From Natator depressus (taxonomy: Eukaryota): DNA of 64,000 nt. The notes below the pieces were generated by a model, which was given only the letters and a program-made list of their open reading frames with translations, did not search any database and was not told the DNA's origin. The stretch lies in assembly GCF_965152275.1 (NCBI RefSeq), contig NC_134234.1, positions 39,330,920-39,394,919 on the forward strand, written 5' to 3'. Below are positions 52,380 through 64,000 of the stretch, piece after piece (the first letter of the stretch is position 1; each line of letters begins with the position of its first letter). The position numbers and the translations under genes were made by a program.

Positions 52380-52930
52380 GAAGCGGCCATGGGGGCTGCA
52401 GGGGCAGTGCCTGCAGGCGAAGGCAGCACACAGAGCTGCCTGGCCACGCCTCGACCTAGCAGCTGAGCAAGGAGGATTTTGCCGCTTCCAGGGAACCCCC
52501 AGGTAAGCGCCGCCCAGGGCCTGCCTCATCCCACTCCGTGCCCACTCTGCCCCCTCCCATCACCCAAATTCTGCTGCTGCTACTGGGGGGAGGGAGGGGA
52601 GGAGGGGAGGCACAGAGCAGGGTAGGGAGCCTACCGGCCCCGCCAACCCCCAGCGGCCCATCCCCAGCAGGGGTCCTGGGATGCACGCCACTGCCCGCCC
52701 CCTCCCCAGCACCAGCAGAGGTCCCCCTGCCAACGGGGGTCCCGAGCCATGCACCGCCACCTGTCCCCCTCCCCAGCACCCAGGCCATCCTTCCCCAGCA
52801 CCTGCGGCCCCCCGGGCAGCCCCCACCAAGTGTTAGTCACAGGTATTTTTAGGAAAAGTCACGGTCAGGTCACAGGCCGTGAATTTTTGTTTACCTGACC
52901 TGTCTGTGACTTTTCCTAAAAATACCCAAG
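52380..52930 (+). repeat. GC-rich interspersed repeat with a hairpin tail, copy B.
   Basis: The hairpin gtcacggtcaggtcacaggccgtgaatttttgtttacctgacctgtctgtgac sits at 52858-52912. The same family occurs at 250-880. Confidence 0.55.
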
Positions 52931-54159
52931 ACTAAAACGTAGCATTAATTATGAATTAGGTAGAGCTGGTTGAAAATTTTTTTACAAATCGGAGTTTTGT
53001 CAGACAACACAAGTTTGTTGAACCCAAAATGTCTCGTGAAACCAGGTCAGATTCAACAAACTTTTGTCAAGTCACTAGTAGGGTTCTGATGGAACCCAGG
53101 TTCCCACGGTCCACAGCTTAAGAGCAGCCCTGTCACACCAGGGCTTCCAGCCTCCCTGTTGTGGAGCCAGGAAGCTCAAAGAACTGGGAGCCTGGAAACC
53201 CTGGGCTTAGGGCTTCCCGGATCCATGGCTCCCAGACAACCCCATCATCTGGATGGACATTCCTGGGCCAGAGACCCCAACGATTCCAGACTATCAGACC
53301 AGCAGACTCTCTGTGCAGCCTGATTCCCAAGTGGCCAGCCCTGGGAGATGCAGACCCTGGAAGTCCCAGAGCTGACTGACTACTGAGGTTATTAGCAGTC
53401 GTGAAAATGAAAAGAGTGTCAAATTTCAGTCAGCAGCTTCCAGACCCAGGGAGCATATTTTGTTTCAGAAATACCAAGTGTTGGTGTTCCCCCAAAAATT
53501 CAGGATTTCCAGTTCACAAGAAATTTTGATAAATTTGGTTCTATTCTGATTTGGAACAAAACCAAAATTTCAAAGTAGCAAAATTTCTTGCAAACCAGAA
53601 ATCTCAAATTTCAGCCCACTCTAGAACTAAGTTCTAAGGGCCTGATTCTCCCCTTACTTACAGTATTTTGACAACTATAGTTTTAGATTTCACTGACATT
53701 ATTCATAATTTGCACTAGTATAAATGAGTGGAGAATCAGACTCTAAAAATTGATATTTGGTATGAATCCCTTTCAGTAATTTCAATCTATAAATAAAGTG
53801 ATCTGAGCATCTAGTTAAAATTTTTTGAAATCATGTCACTGGCCACTTAAACATTTTTTCTAATGCAATTGTAAGAGCCCTGCATGGATACAAAATTTGT
53901 ATCCGCATCCAAGCCATAAAAACGAGTCACGGATATCCACAGATTTGCATGCTCTAGCTATTGCTCTGTGCTGAACGGTTGCAATAATCAGCAACAGTTT
54001 ATGACAGCACCCACTAAATTCACCTGACTGATAATTAACAGAAACTGCAAGTCAACACCAGTAATTTTTTCATTCTTCTCCATTATTTTGATTGCATGTT
54101 TTAAGAACACCTAGTGCTCAATCTACAGTGAAGTCTGTGTGTATATATTATTCTCTTAC

Positions 54160-55762
54160 CTCCTGTTTCTTCTTGTCCCACATTTGATTTGGTTTCATGC
54201 CTTGCATGACAGCCTGGCTTCTGTTTAGGTTTCAGTGAAGGAAAGAGTTTCATCATGAGGTCTGATGTGGGAGGTGCACTTGCATCACCATCTGTCACAC
54301 TCTGTTTGGGCAAATCATCTCCCTTCTTTATTGAAGCGACCTTCCTCTTTATTGTTTTATCTGGGGCAGCCATTTCACTTTTATTGTAATAGTCAGTTTG
54401 TGGAGGTACTTTAATGGTATCATTTTGGGGTACTTCATGCTGAATCTCATTTTCTTCAAGGTCAGTCCATGTTCTTTCATCATCAAACTCAACCTTATTC
54501 CTATTTGTACATGAAACACTTCTTTGAGATTCAGACACTTTGCTATTACTCTGATTTGGTAGCACATTGGATTCATCACTACTATAATCTTTGTCTGATA
54601 AGTCAAGATCAACATCCCTACTTTTGCTTTCTTTGCTGAGGTCTTTGACAGGTCCTGTGCAATCACAGAATGCTGGATTATCTTGTCTGATGCTCAAAAT
54701 GAACTTTTTAGCATCTTCATTTGAACATTTTACGGTAGTCTCAAGTTCCTCCTCAGACTCTGTAGTAATGACACGGCTTCCATCATCCTTATCTTCATTT
54801 ACATTCCATTCAGTACTTTTGAAAGTTGGAGATGCCGCAGTGGAAGAAGTCTGAAATATTTTACTATCTGTTTTATTGAATTGGTCCCTTAGTCTAATAG
54901 ATGCCCTCAAATCCAAGACTGTATGTGTAACTGCTCTGTCATTTTTATTTCCTTGTAAAATAATTTCTGCTTTTTTATTTTTATTTATAATATCTAGTGC
55001 ATTCATCTGCTGTGGCATTGCTTTGACAGGGGTAGATGACATTCTACGGCCTTTTGAAATTTGCTGATCTCGATCCAAGAACCTTTGTACAAATGAGGAA
55101 TTACTCGAGAAAGATACTTCATCAGCAGCCTGTTCTAGAAACAAAAATTCATCTAATTCTATGTTCTCTTTTTCCTTTTCTTTTTCCCAGTTTTCCAACT
55201 TATTTTGGAATGAAAGTTCAAAAGAATGTTCTGAATCTTTTACAGGGTAACTTGTAGAACCTTTGGAAAGAGAAAAAGCTGTGGACAGCTGAGGCTTTTC
55301 TGTATCTGAAAATTTGTCAGTAGGCCTGGCAAAATCCATTATGTTTTCCTTATTTTCTGATCCGAAAGAATCTTTGAACTGCCCATCAAGATTCTTCTCA
55401 GTCTGCAGTCTCGCTGTTGGTGGCGATATATTTTTTCCATTATGATTCTTGAGTACTATGGCCTTCTGAACAGGGAAGACAGAATCATTTGTTATTTTAG
55501 CAGGTCGGTTACATTTTTTAGACTGCACAGCAAAATTCTCAGAAACCTGTTCCTTGCTTAAAGGTGCAGTTTTCCGCTGTATTTGTGGTCTGTCCGCTTT
55601 AACAACGTTTCTGTCCTCCAAAGTAGTTTGCTGAGTCATCAGTTTGCTTTCTTTATACTTTGTTACTTTAGATTTGGCATTAGTGAACCTAGTTAAGCCT
55701 TCTCCCCGTTTCAGAAAGGGTCGTTTTGTCTGTAGTTTCTGAAAGGTTGACCTTCCTACTTC
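54160..55762 (-). CDS. CENPJ: CENPJ large exon (the roughly 1.6-kb exon, exon 7 in human). Translation: EVGRSTFQKLQTKRPFLKRGEGLTRFTNAKSK ... SNVGQEETG(G).
   Basis: The six-frame ORF at 54101..55822 (-) runs 573 aa. Acceptor tatttgaag is the reverse complement of forward 55763-55771. Donor CAGGAG|gtaaga is the reverse complement of forward 54154-54159. A single giant exon is the hallmark of CENPJ gene structure, and the S/T/K/E-rich low-complexity sequence fits. Confidence 0.75.
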
Positions 55763-56077
55763 CTTCAAATAAAATAAAATAAAATAAAAAAAAAAATCAA
55801 AGGACAACATTAAAACTTCCATTGTATATGTACAGACTTATCTAAGTAAGGCTTACTAATATGTAAAGTTACACAGTACCTGTCCCACTATAGTTTTAAG
55901 GAAGGTCAGAATCTTAAAAATAGAATAATTGTTTTTAAGAACTTGAATATTGCATATATAAAGTTGTAAGCTCTTCAGGGCAGGGATCTGTCTTCTCACA
56001 TGTTTGTAAAGTTTCTAATACATTTTGGGAAGGTATATAAATAACTGTAGTATTTATAATAATTAACCTCTTGCTCT

Positions 56078-56173
56078 TCTTTTTGCTTCAGGCGCCGGTC
56101 TTCTAATCGTATCTGTTCTTCAAGGAATTCTTCAAACGTCTGTTTCCTCTCCTGAATCCCAGCTTTAATAGGC
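56078..56173 (-). CDS. CENPJ: Probable CENPJ exon upstream of the large exon. Translation: (R)[35 protein letters not shown].
   Basis: Donor CAAGAG|gttaat is the reverse complement of forward 56072-56077. It is phase-0 compatible with EVGR.... The acceptor is ambiguous: either actag|G at forward 56174 or ttaaag|CT at forward 56166. The phase with the 62.1-kb exon is unresolved. Confidence 0.45.
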
Positions 56174-59100
56174 CTAGTATAATTTTTTTTAAATTACAAA
56201 CTGCAATGTTAAAGTTAAATCTTTGTTTGACAATGCAATTAAAAATATAATTTATCATACAACATATGAAAATTATATAAACAGGTAAGGAATTAAGAAG
56301 TTCTTTAGTCATTTAGGTATCCAATGGCAAAGCTAAGGCTATTTAATTTGAAGAATATGCTAGATTACCAGTGACTCTCAAAGACAAGCACAATAATATT
56401 ACAGTAGAACCTCAGAGTTACGGACACCTCGGGAATGGAGGTTCTTAACTCTAAATAAAATGCAGCTCTGGCTCCAGCCGTTCACACTCCGGGCCAGTTT
56501 CCAGAGGCAGCTTCCTTGCAGGCAGTTTCTTTACCAGGCAAGCTTGTCCCCATCCTGACTGGGATTGGGAGGGGAGGTGGTGGTGACGAAAACAGCACAT
56601 CCACCTGCCGGGACAGGGTAAGGTGGAGAAAAGAGCCTCCCCCCCCCCCAGGCCATGGGAGGGGGTGAAAACAGCACCCACAGCTTATAGGGAAGCAGCG
56701 CAGACCCCAGTGCTGCTTGTGCTCCAGCTGCCTTGGGTTTGCAATGGAGGCTCACAGCTTTGCCTGCGAATCTCAGCTTCTTCACTTCCTAGCAGTAAGT
56801 GGGTGCCCTGTATGTGGGGGTAGGGGTGGGGACAGGAAGCCCAGATGTGTCTACCTTTAAGAAGCAATACAGGCACAGTACAGTATTTGCTTCTTTTTTT
56901 GGGGGGTCTCTGCTGCTGCCTAATTGGTTACTTCTGGTTTCACATGATGTTAGATTGACCGATCAGTCCGTAACTCTGGTGTTCGTATCTTTGAGGTTCT
57001 ACTGTACTTTATCACATTTGTTTTAAGTAACCATGAAAGGCACATGTGACGAATGACTAGAAAGGGTTAAATATCCTGCAAAATAAATAATCCACAGAAG
57101 AAATGTGGGGAGATAATGTTTGTGTTTTTGTGTATTTATATATGTATGAGTAGGGTGGACAATGTAATCAACAGTCCCTGTCTCTGCTGTATTCTGATAA
57201 TTCAGCAGTCAAAAGAACATCCTATCATGTAAATGAATTGTAAACATGGGCTATCTCACTATTCATCTCTCTTTGAAATGTACTGTGAATGGTGGAGGAA
57301 CAAGCAAATGGCCTTATGTTAATTCGTATAGCTAAGTATCAGTGATGGACCTCCTTCAAAGTCATCCTAATTACCTTTTGTTCCCTGAGGAATTCCAACT
57401 TGTCAAAAGACATGAAATTGTATAAAAGATCCTTGGGTCCTGATTCTGTCATCTCAGATCTGCTTAGACTTCATCAGGGGACGTCTGAGTCACAAGACTG
57501 AGGTCCCAGTTATGCTGGTACGCCCTGAATATGAGATTTGGACATTGGACTGTGACCTATGAACTGAATTCTAAAGGAACTCTTTCCAACTACACCATCT
57601 CTGCTGTGAATCTGAACCTCAATGAATTTAACTCATGTCTGTGGATGAATGGATGGATGGATATTTTAACAATACTCTTTTTTAAATAAATTTTAGTTTA
57701 GTTAATAAGAATTGGCTATAGCATGTATTTGGGTAAGATCTGAAACATTTATTAACCTGGGAGGTAATGTGTCTGATCCTTTGGGATTGGTAGAAACTTT
57801 TCTTTTATATGATGAAATAAGATTTACAGAAATTTTCATCATATTTGATGTGGGTACCTGGAATAAGGCCTGAGGCTGGATCACTTTAAGGGAACTGTGT
57901 TATTTGGACTTCTAACCAGTGAGGTAATAAAGAAACTGTTTTATGCTGTCTTGGTAAATCTAGGTATTGGAATATCCACCAGCTTTATGGGTATTGTCTT
58001 CCCCATTCTTTGCCATTCACCCTAATTGAGCGACCACAGCTGGCTCCCCACTAGGACCCCAGTCACAGCACGTCTAAATCTTGCTGCTTCTTCTTACACT
58101 GGATGTCAAAGACCTGATCCTTCCACTATGTCAATCTCTTATCCAGGCTCTGGTCACGTTCCAAATGCCTACACTGCCCTAAACACCCATGGCTGGCCCA
58201 TGTCAGCTGACTCAGACTCATGGGCCTCAGGGCTATAAAATTGCAGTGTAGATGTCCAAGAGCAGGGAGTGGTCCCAGACCCGGGTGACAACCTGAGCCC
58301 AGACATCTACACTGCAATTTTATATCCCTGCAAGCCACAGTCAACTGACATGGGCCAACTGCAGGTGTTTTATTGCAGTGTAGACATACCCCTTGTGTCT
58401 TGACTTCTCCAATTTTGCACTGAGTGCATTCAAAATGCTACTGTTAAGGTCATCTTCCTAGCCTGTCACTCTGAATACATCACCCCTCCTCTTTCACTGC
58501 ATCAAACACAGACTTCCTGTCCATGCTTTCAAGGACATGCACAATTTAGCCCTGTTCTATTTAACCCCATGTTCATTTTGGTTTCACTTCATCAGTAATG
58601 CCAGTCTTTACCACCCATTAGTCCATTTTACCCCCCAAACACCTTCATTCTTTCTCCCCTGCACCCACACACAAGAGAATGACTCCTTCTCAAAATGTAT
58701 AAAGTCATCACCTTATCCTCTTCCACATCTCTCCTTCAGACTCACCTCTGCCATGATGCTTACAGAAAAAGGCCATCTGATAATGGCTATGCCAGAGAAA
58801 GTTATGATTACTGCTACTGGATTGGCTTATTACAACTATAGTTGTGCACAGTAAAGCTATGCCAAAACATGATTTTGGTTTACCATTACCTTATCCCTAG
58901 ACTCATTTATTTCATCCACCTGTTATGCCACACCATAAGAATTTAGGGGCAGGGACTTCTTTTGCCATATCTCTGTATAATGCCTATGAGAATGGAGGCC
59001 CACTTGGTTGGAGCTTCTAGATGCTACTCGAATACAAATATTAAATTTTAAACCACTTTCAATCAATCAGGTCTTAGAACTTGGTCAAAAAAGATTGGAT

Positions 59101-59599
59101 AAAACTATTATATATAAGCTTATATTTACCTTTCCTCTATGTTAGCTGCTTGTAAGCATTTTCTTCCATTGGGACTTCCAGACAAATCTACATTTCTTGA
59201 ACATAAATGATCAGCGTCACTGTCTTCACCTCCAACAGAGTTTTCCATCTTTTGTTTTGGACACCAAGTGCTTTCTCCTATGAAATCATGGATATTTGTC
59301 TCTTTTTCTACAAGTTTTCAGCTTGTATTTACAAACCAGGAACAACATTCAGAGGCGATTCACAGATTACGAAGTCAAAAGGGACTATTGTTATTTAGTC
59401 TGACCTGGGTAACACAAAGCCATGAGACTTCCCTCAATTAATTCCTTTTTGAACTAGAGTTTATCTTTTAGAACATCCAATCTTGAATTAAAAATTTCCA
59501 GCGTTGGAGAATCCACCACAACTCTTGATAGTTGTTCCAATGGATACTTAGGGTCATTTAAAAATGTGCACCTTATTTCCATTCTGAATATGTCTAGCT

Positions 59600-60165
59600 T
59601 CAACTTCTAGTCATTGGATTCTGTTATATCTTTGTCTACCAGGTTAAAAAATCATCTATTATCAAATTTTTATTCTCCACTTCTAGACTATGATCAAGTC
59701 TAACTTCCTCTGCATCGCGCTAGAGACTCATGTTCAGTTCATTATCCACTGTGATCGCAATACTCCAATAGCAGAGTCAATTATTTCCAGGATAGAGTCC
59801 CCCATCCTGTATGTACAACCTGCATACTGTGTTCCCAGATGTATGACTTTATATTTGATGATACTGAAATGCATACTGATGCTTGCACACAACTTGTCAA
59901 CTGATCTAAGCATTGTGTATCAGGGACCTGTCCTCTTCATTATTTACCATTTCCCCCAATTTTGTGTCATCTGCAAACTTTATCTGTAATAATTTCATGT
60001 TGTCTTTCAGCTCATTGACAAAAATGTTAAAAAGCACGAGGCCACACGATATAAAGGACCTGATCTTGCTGCCATTGAAGTGAATGGCAAAACTCCCATT
60101 GGACTTCAATAAGGGTAGAATTAGGCCCATTGGCTGACAAATATATAGTCTATTGACAGGCAACT
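59600..60165 (-). mobile_element. CR1 LINE RT fragment.
   Basis: The - strand ORF at 59906..60163 reads ...LQIKFADDTKLGEMVNNEEDRSLI. Confidence 0.55.
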
Positions 60166-60364
60166 AGGATTCAATTACCATCAAGTGAACAAATAGTTAA
60201 AAGAAAACTAAATGTTTACAGTAGCCTAGGAAAATACTAAGATCAGTAACTATGAAAAGACTCCAGCTTATCTAGAAAATTGGGTCTTTCAATAAATTTA
60301 ACTAACCAGTAGTATTTTTGTGGTCCTTGTTCTTCCAATCGCTTTACATTTTCAGAGATGCATC

Positions 60365-60680
60365 TAGACGAGGGGTTCTCAAACTTCATTGCCCCACTAC
60401 CCCCTTCTGACAAAAAAAAAAATTACTATATGATCCCAGGAAGTGGGACCGAAGCCTGAGCCTGTCCAATCCCTGCCACCCGGGGGGGGCAAAGTTAAAG
60501 CCCTTGCCAGGCAGGGAGCCTGTAATCTCAGCCCCACTGCCCAAGGCTGAAGCTCTCAGGCTTCAGCCCCAGACACTGGGGTTTTGGGTTCAGCCCCTGG
60601 CATGAGCAAGTCTAAGCCAGTCCTGGCAACCCCATTAAAACGGGCTCACGACCCACAGTTTGAGAACTGCTGATCTAGAC
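60365..60680. mobile_element. MITE with GGTTCTCAAACT TIRs.
   Basis: It begins gaggggttctcaaacttcattgcccc and ends cgacccacagtttgagaactgctg. Partial relatives with the same start sit at 20040 and 21190. Confidence 0.5.
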
Positions 60681-61447
60681 ACTGTTTCTCACTGATAGAA
60701 TCTGAAGATAAACTGCTCTTCAAAGATCAGATGAATTCCTTGTCGTTTAACTTTTGTAGTAATTCACTCTTGTGTATGTGTAGAAACAAAAGAAAAATCA
60801 TCCAGGATAGAGCACTATCTCCACTGAGATTCTGGTACACAGGTGGTGGCAAGTAAGGCACAGTGTTTAAACTAGCTGGATGTCGACATCATTGACTCAG
60901 ATCTTCTGACTTTCGAGCATAGTCTCGAAGGGGGAGGGGAAAAAATGCATTATGCTTTGTATTTCCATTACAATATTGTTGTCTCTGCGAGGAGGAGACA
61001 GCAGTTCCAGAATTGGATTGGTCACATGTTCCTAGGGATAGGGGTCCAGGTACTTTTACACACATCTGGCCAATCTGTAGCCAAGTGTTTTTTTTCCTTC
61101 CCCTCCAGATGAAGCCTAAGGGTATTTCTGTGGGGTTGGGAAGAGTGAAAAAAGGGACTTAGGGTCAACAGTGATGAAGCAGGTTTTCTGAGACAGCTGA
61201 ACAGAGAGAAGAGAAAGGGAAATGTTTTGGGGGGAAAGTTTAAGATTCACATTTTTTAATTTTGTTTTTATGTTGTCGAGCTTTCACTATTTTTCTTTCT
61301 TTTCTATTTAGACTAAGTTCTCCAAAGCAAGGGCCCTATCATGCTACGTGTTTGTACAGCACCAAACACAACAAGAACCCAGTCCTGGTTGAGGTGTTTG
61401 GATGCTACTGTAATATGAATGTTGAGTAGTAGTTTTTAAAATGAACA

Positions 61448-61550
61448 GGAGTACTTATGGCACCTTAGAGACTAACAAATTTATTAGAGCATAAGATTTC
61501 GTGAGCTACAGCTCACTTCATCGGATGCATAGAATGGAACATATAGTAAG

Positions 61551-61601
<51 letters not shown>

Positions 61602-61930
61602 TAAGTTGGAAGTTACCATACAAACTGTGAGAGGCTTAATTAGTAACTTAATTAGTAACTTAATTAGTTAAGATGAGCTATTATCAGCAGGAGAAAGGAA
61701 AAAAAACTTGTCACAATTGTATGGTAACTTCCAATTGATCTGTATGTATGTATGTATGTATGTATGTGTGTGTATATATATCTTACTATATGTTCCATTC
61801 TATGCATCCGATGAAGTGAGCTGTAGCTCACAAAAGCTTATGTGCTAATAAATTTGTTAGTCTCTAAGGTGCTACAAGTATTCCTGTTCTTTTTGCAGAT
61901 ACAGACTAACACGGCTGCTACTCTGAAACC
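61448..61930. repeat. PLE-derived inverted-repeat element with internal microsatellites.
   Basis: Arms at 61448-61535 and 61795-61925 are inverted copies of the hairpin family. Inside are (ac)n at 61563-61600, three copies of attagtaactta, and (tatg)n at 61744-61778. Confidence 0.6.
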
Positions 61931-62092
61931 AGTTTTTAAAATGTTATTTTAAATAATGCAGTGTTTACCTGGGACTAATCCAGTAGTTTTGTGATAGTGT
62001 GTGAAAACAGTACTCAACATTTTAAGTAGAATATTAAAATTAAAGTGTTCAATTTCCTTAAAGTATACTGTATACTTTACTTCTCCACTTAC

Positions 62093-62216
62093 TAGGAAGT
62101 CCTTGATGGCCAGATACCATGATAAGTAGTTTCTTTTGCTCTTCCATAAGCCTTTGAAGTTGTTCCATCTGTTGCTTCTTCAGCTGTTCTTGTTTCTGCT
62201 GTTGTATTTCTTTTAG
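62093..62216 (-). CDS. CENPJ: Possible CENPJ 5' coiled-coil exon. Translation: (L)[40 protein letters not shown].
   Basis: An open frame on the - strand ends at the consensus donor CCTA|gtaagt (reverse complement of forward 62087-62092). The acceptor is aaag|CTA or aaaag|AA. The Q/E/K heptad coiled coil is only a candidate: exon phase to the 56.1-kb exon does not close, so an intervening exon is likely. Confidence 0.35.
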
Positions 62217-64000
62217 CTTTATCAAGCATAAAAATTAAGTGTGTTTGAAGTCAATAGTTTTCTTAGAATCTATATGAGATTAACTCGCATGAAGTGCTTT
62301 TTATATTTCTTGCCTGAAGATGCTTTATTATAACAAGTGGCATTTGAACAGGATGTAAACAAGCTATGTTAAAACTAAGCCCTTCACTCACTAATGGTAC
62401 ATTTTTAAACAAATTATACTGAAGGTATTTCCATCAGTGCCCAATTCTTTAATAGTTCCACTAGCCTTTAAACGGACCAACTTGTAAATTATATAGAAAA
62501 CCCCACCTTGAAGACTTTTGTTGTAAAATTCTTTTGAAAAATATCAAGATTTGGCTAATACTTACGTTTGTACTAGTACCTTTTTATTAATACTTGAAAT
62601 ATCTAATGAAAATGAAATCCTTATCATAGGAATTCATCCTGTTGCTCATTTCTTATTTGAAGTCATAATATAACATGTGACATCTCAGTTAGTTACAGAG
62701 GAAAAGGCTTTGATGTGACAGAGCAAATGAAAAACAAGAAGCACTAAAGACCATTTAGAGTCATAATGCCCCAGTGAGGTAGGTAAGTTTTATACTGATT
62801 AAAGTACAGAGGTATTAAGTGAAAACCATGGGCCACTAACTGCCACCCTTACATAATAGTGCCTTATTCCACAGGAAATCCCATTGAAAACAAAGAGATT
62901 ACTTGCAAAAGTAAAATACTACTCAAACATGAATAGAGGTGACAAGTTGAGAACAGATTCCAGGTCCTGACTCCAACTCTTGTATTCTTACCACTAAATT
63001 GTACTTCCTCCCAAAGTGTTCTATTCTCATGCTGGTGTCTTCGTTAAACAAACAGGAAAGTAACCACCTCCAAAACATATCACAACTCACACTCTCTCAC
63101 ACACACACACACCATTTAGAAAATGATTTCTAAATAGAACATCAATGCTTTTAAAGAGGCACAAGGTGCTCTTTAAACCATCAACAATTCCTCTTTAAAT
63201 ATCAACATAAAATAACGTATAGTCTTTGCACCTTATCATTATTCCATATTAGTGATGTATTCATTTACTTATTCATATGTAAAATACTTTTGAAAAAACA
63301 GTTTTTAGGATGAGTTGTGACATTTTGATCTGGAGTGTCTCGTTTTATTTTCAATGTTATCAAAGAGGGCTTTGTTTTCATAATAATCTGACTCCAATAC
63401 TTTATCTACCTAACCCAAATTAAACAAGAATTATAATCAAATGGCAATTCAAGTAGCTTCCAGAAGCTGCATATTCCTTTATTCCTCATTCATCTTTAGT
63501 GCAGAAGTATTGCATGTATTGTACAAAAAAAAAAAAATTTAACAGCACTTCGAAAATGTGAAGTCTACTCAAGACTCAAAAGATTCATCTTCTGTTTACA
63601 AATTTTATCTTGATTACCCACGTCTGGTTTTATAATCTTTTCCCTCATCAAAATTTAACTTAAAAAATAAGCTGTTAGTGTATGTCCAAACATAAAGCTG
63701 TGCACCCAGTATGTGATCACATGTAGGTGATGTACTCAGCTGTCCAGTTCAATCCTATGGTCCCTGATCCTGCCATGGCATCTAAATGAGTGCAGCCCTA
63801 TGCCCACACAGAGGCAGAGTATGTCATTTCCTCCCCAGATGCAAAACTACTCAAATGCAGAGAGATTTTAAAGCCAAATATATTGGTATATAAATTTTCT
63901 AAGGACTAACAGAATATTTTGCTATAGAAGAAATGGATAACAAAAATGGATAACAAAATGGATAACAAAATGAAATGGATAACAAAACTGAAATTCCACA

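Noticed and set aside
52456-52852. Several overlapping 70-110-aa ORFs on both strands in GC-rich DNA.
   Set aside because: They are low-complexity Pro/Gly/Ala translations of a dispersed GC-rich repeat whose second copy is at 250-880. No splice context or conservation signal is visible.
54349-55257. Sense and antisense small ORFs (54349..54666 -, 54591..54854 +, 54876..55067 +, 55036..55257 +) inside the CENPJ large exon.
   Set aside because: They are shadow frames of a 1.6-kb coding exon, and the 573-aa frame is the real one.

Overview
This window is vertebrate nuclear DNA, not prokaryotic, so no operon, CRISPR or defence-island logic applies. It is most likely from a turtle (Testudines). 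That call is my recognition of three things: CR1 LINE 3' tails, a tRNA-derived 'tortoise Pol III' type SINE, and several turtle-typical MITE families. The host-gene content is the tail-to-tail pair RNF17 and CENPJ, as on human 13q12.12. RNF17 (TDRD4) is on the + strand: I can support three 3' coding exons at about 25.6-28.3 kb, including an extended Tudor domain and the stop codon. CENPJ/CPAP is on the - strand and spans at least about 62.2 kb down to about 38.7 kb. Its supported exons are the 1.6-kb large exon, three coiled-coil exons and five TCP10/G-box exons. The G-box exons end in ...[23 protein letters not shown](R)[14 protein letters not shown], which matches the CENPJ C-terminus as I recall it. 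The rest is a dense, nested transposable-element landscape. There are four DIRS-like tyrosine-recombinase retrotransposon copies. The first (2993-8321) is nearly intact, with ITRs, an internal complementary region, gag, RT (YLDD), RNase H and YR ORFs, and it is inserted into the endonuclease domain of an RTE/L2-like LINE. Other elements are CR1 fragments, a decayed hAT/Charlie transposase, hairpin-forming Penelope-like fragments (one retaining a GIY-YIG endonuclease remnant), SINEs, several MITE families, and a roughly 440-bp near-perfect palindrome inside a CENPJ intron. The GC-rich stretches at 250-880 and 52380-52930 are copies of a repeat family, not CpG-island promoters. I see no evidence of a novel biological system beyond TE biology. 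All coordinates are approximate and hand-derived.
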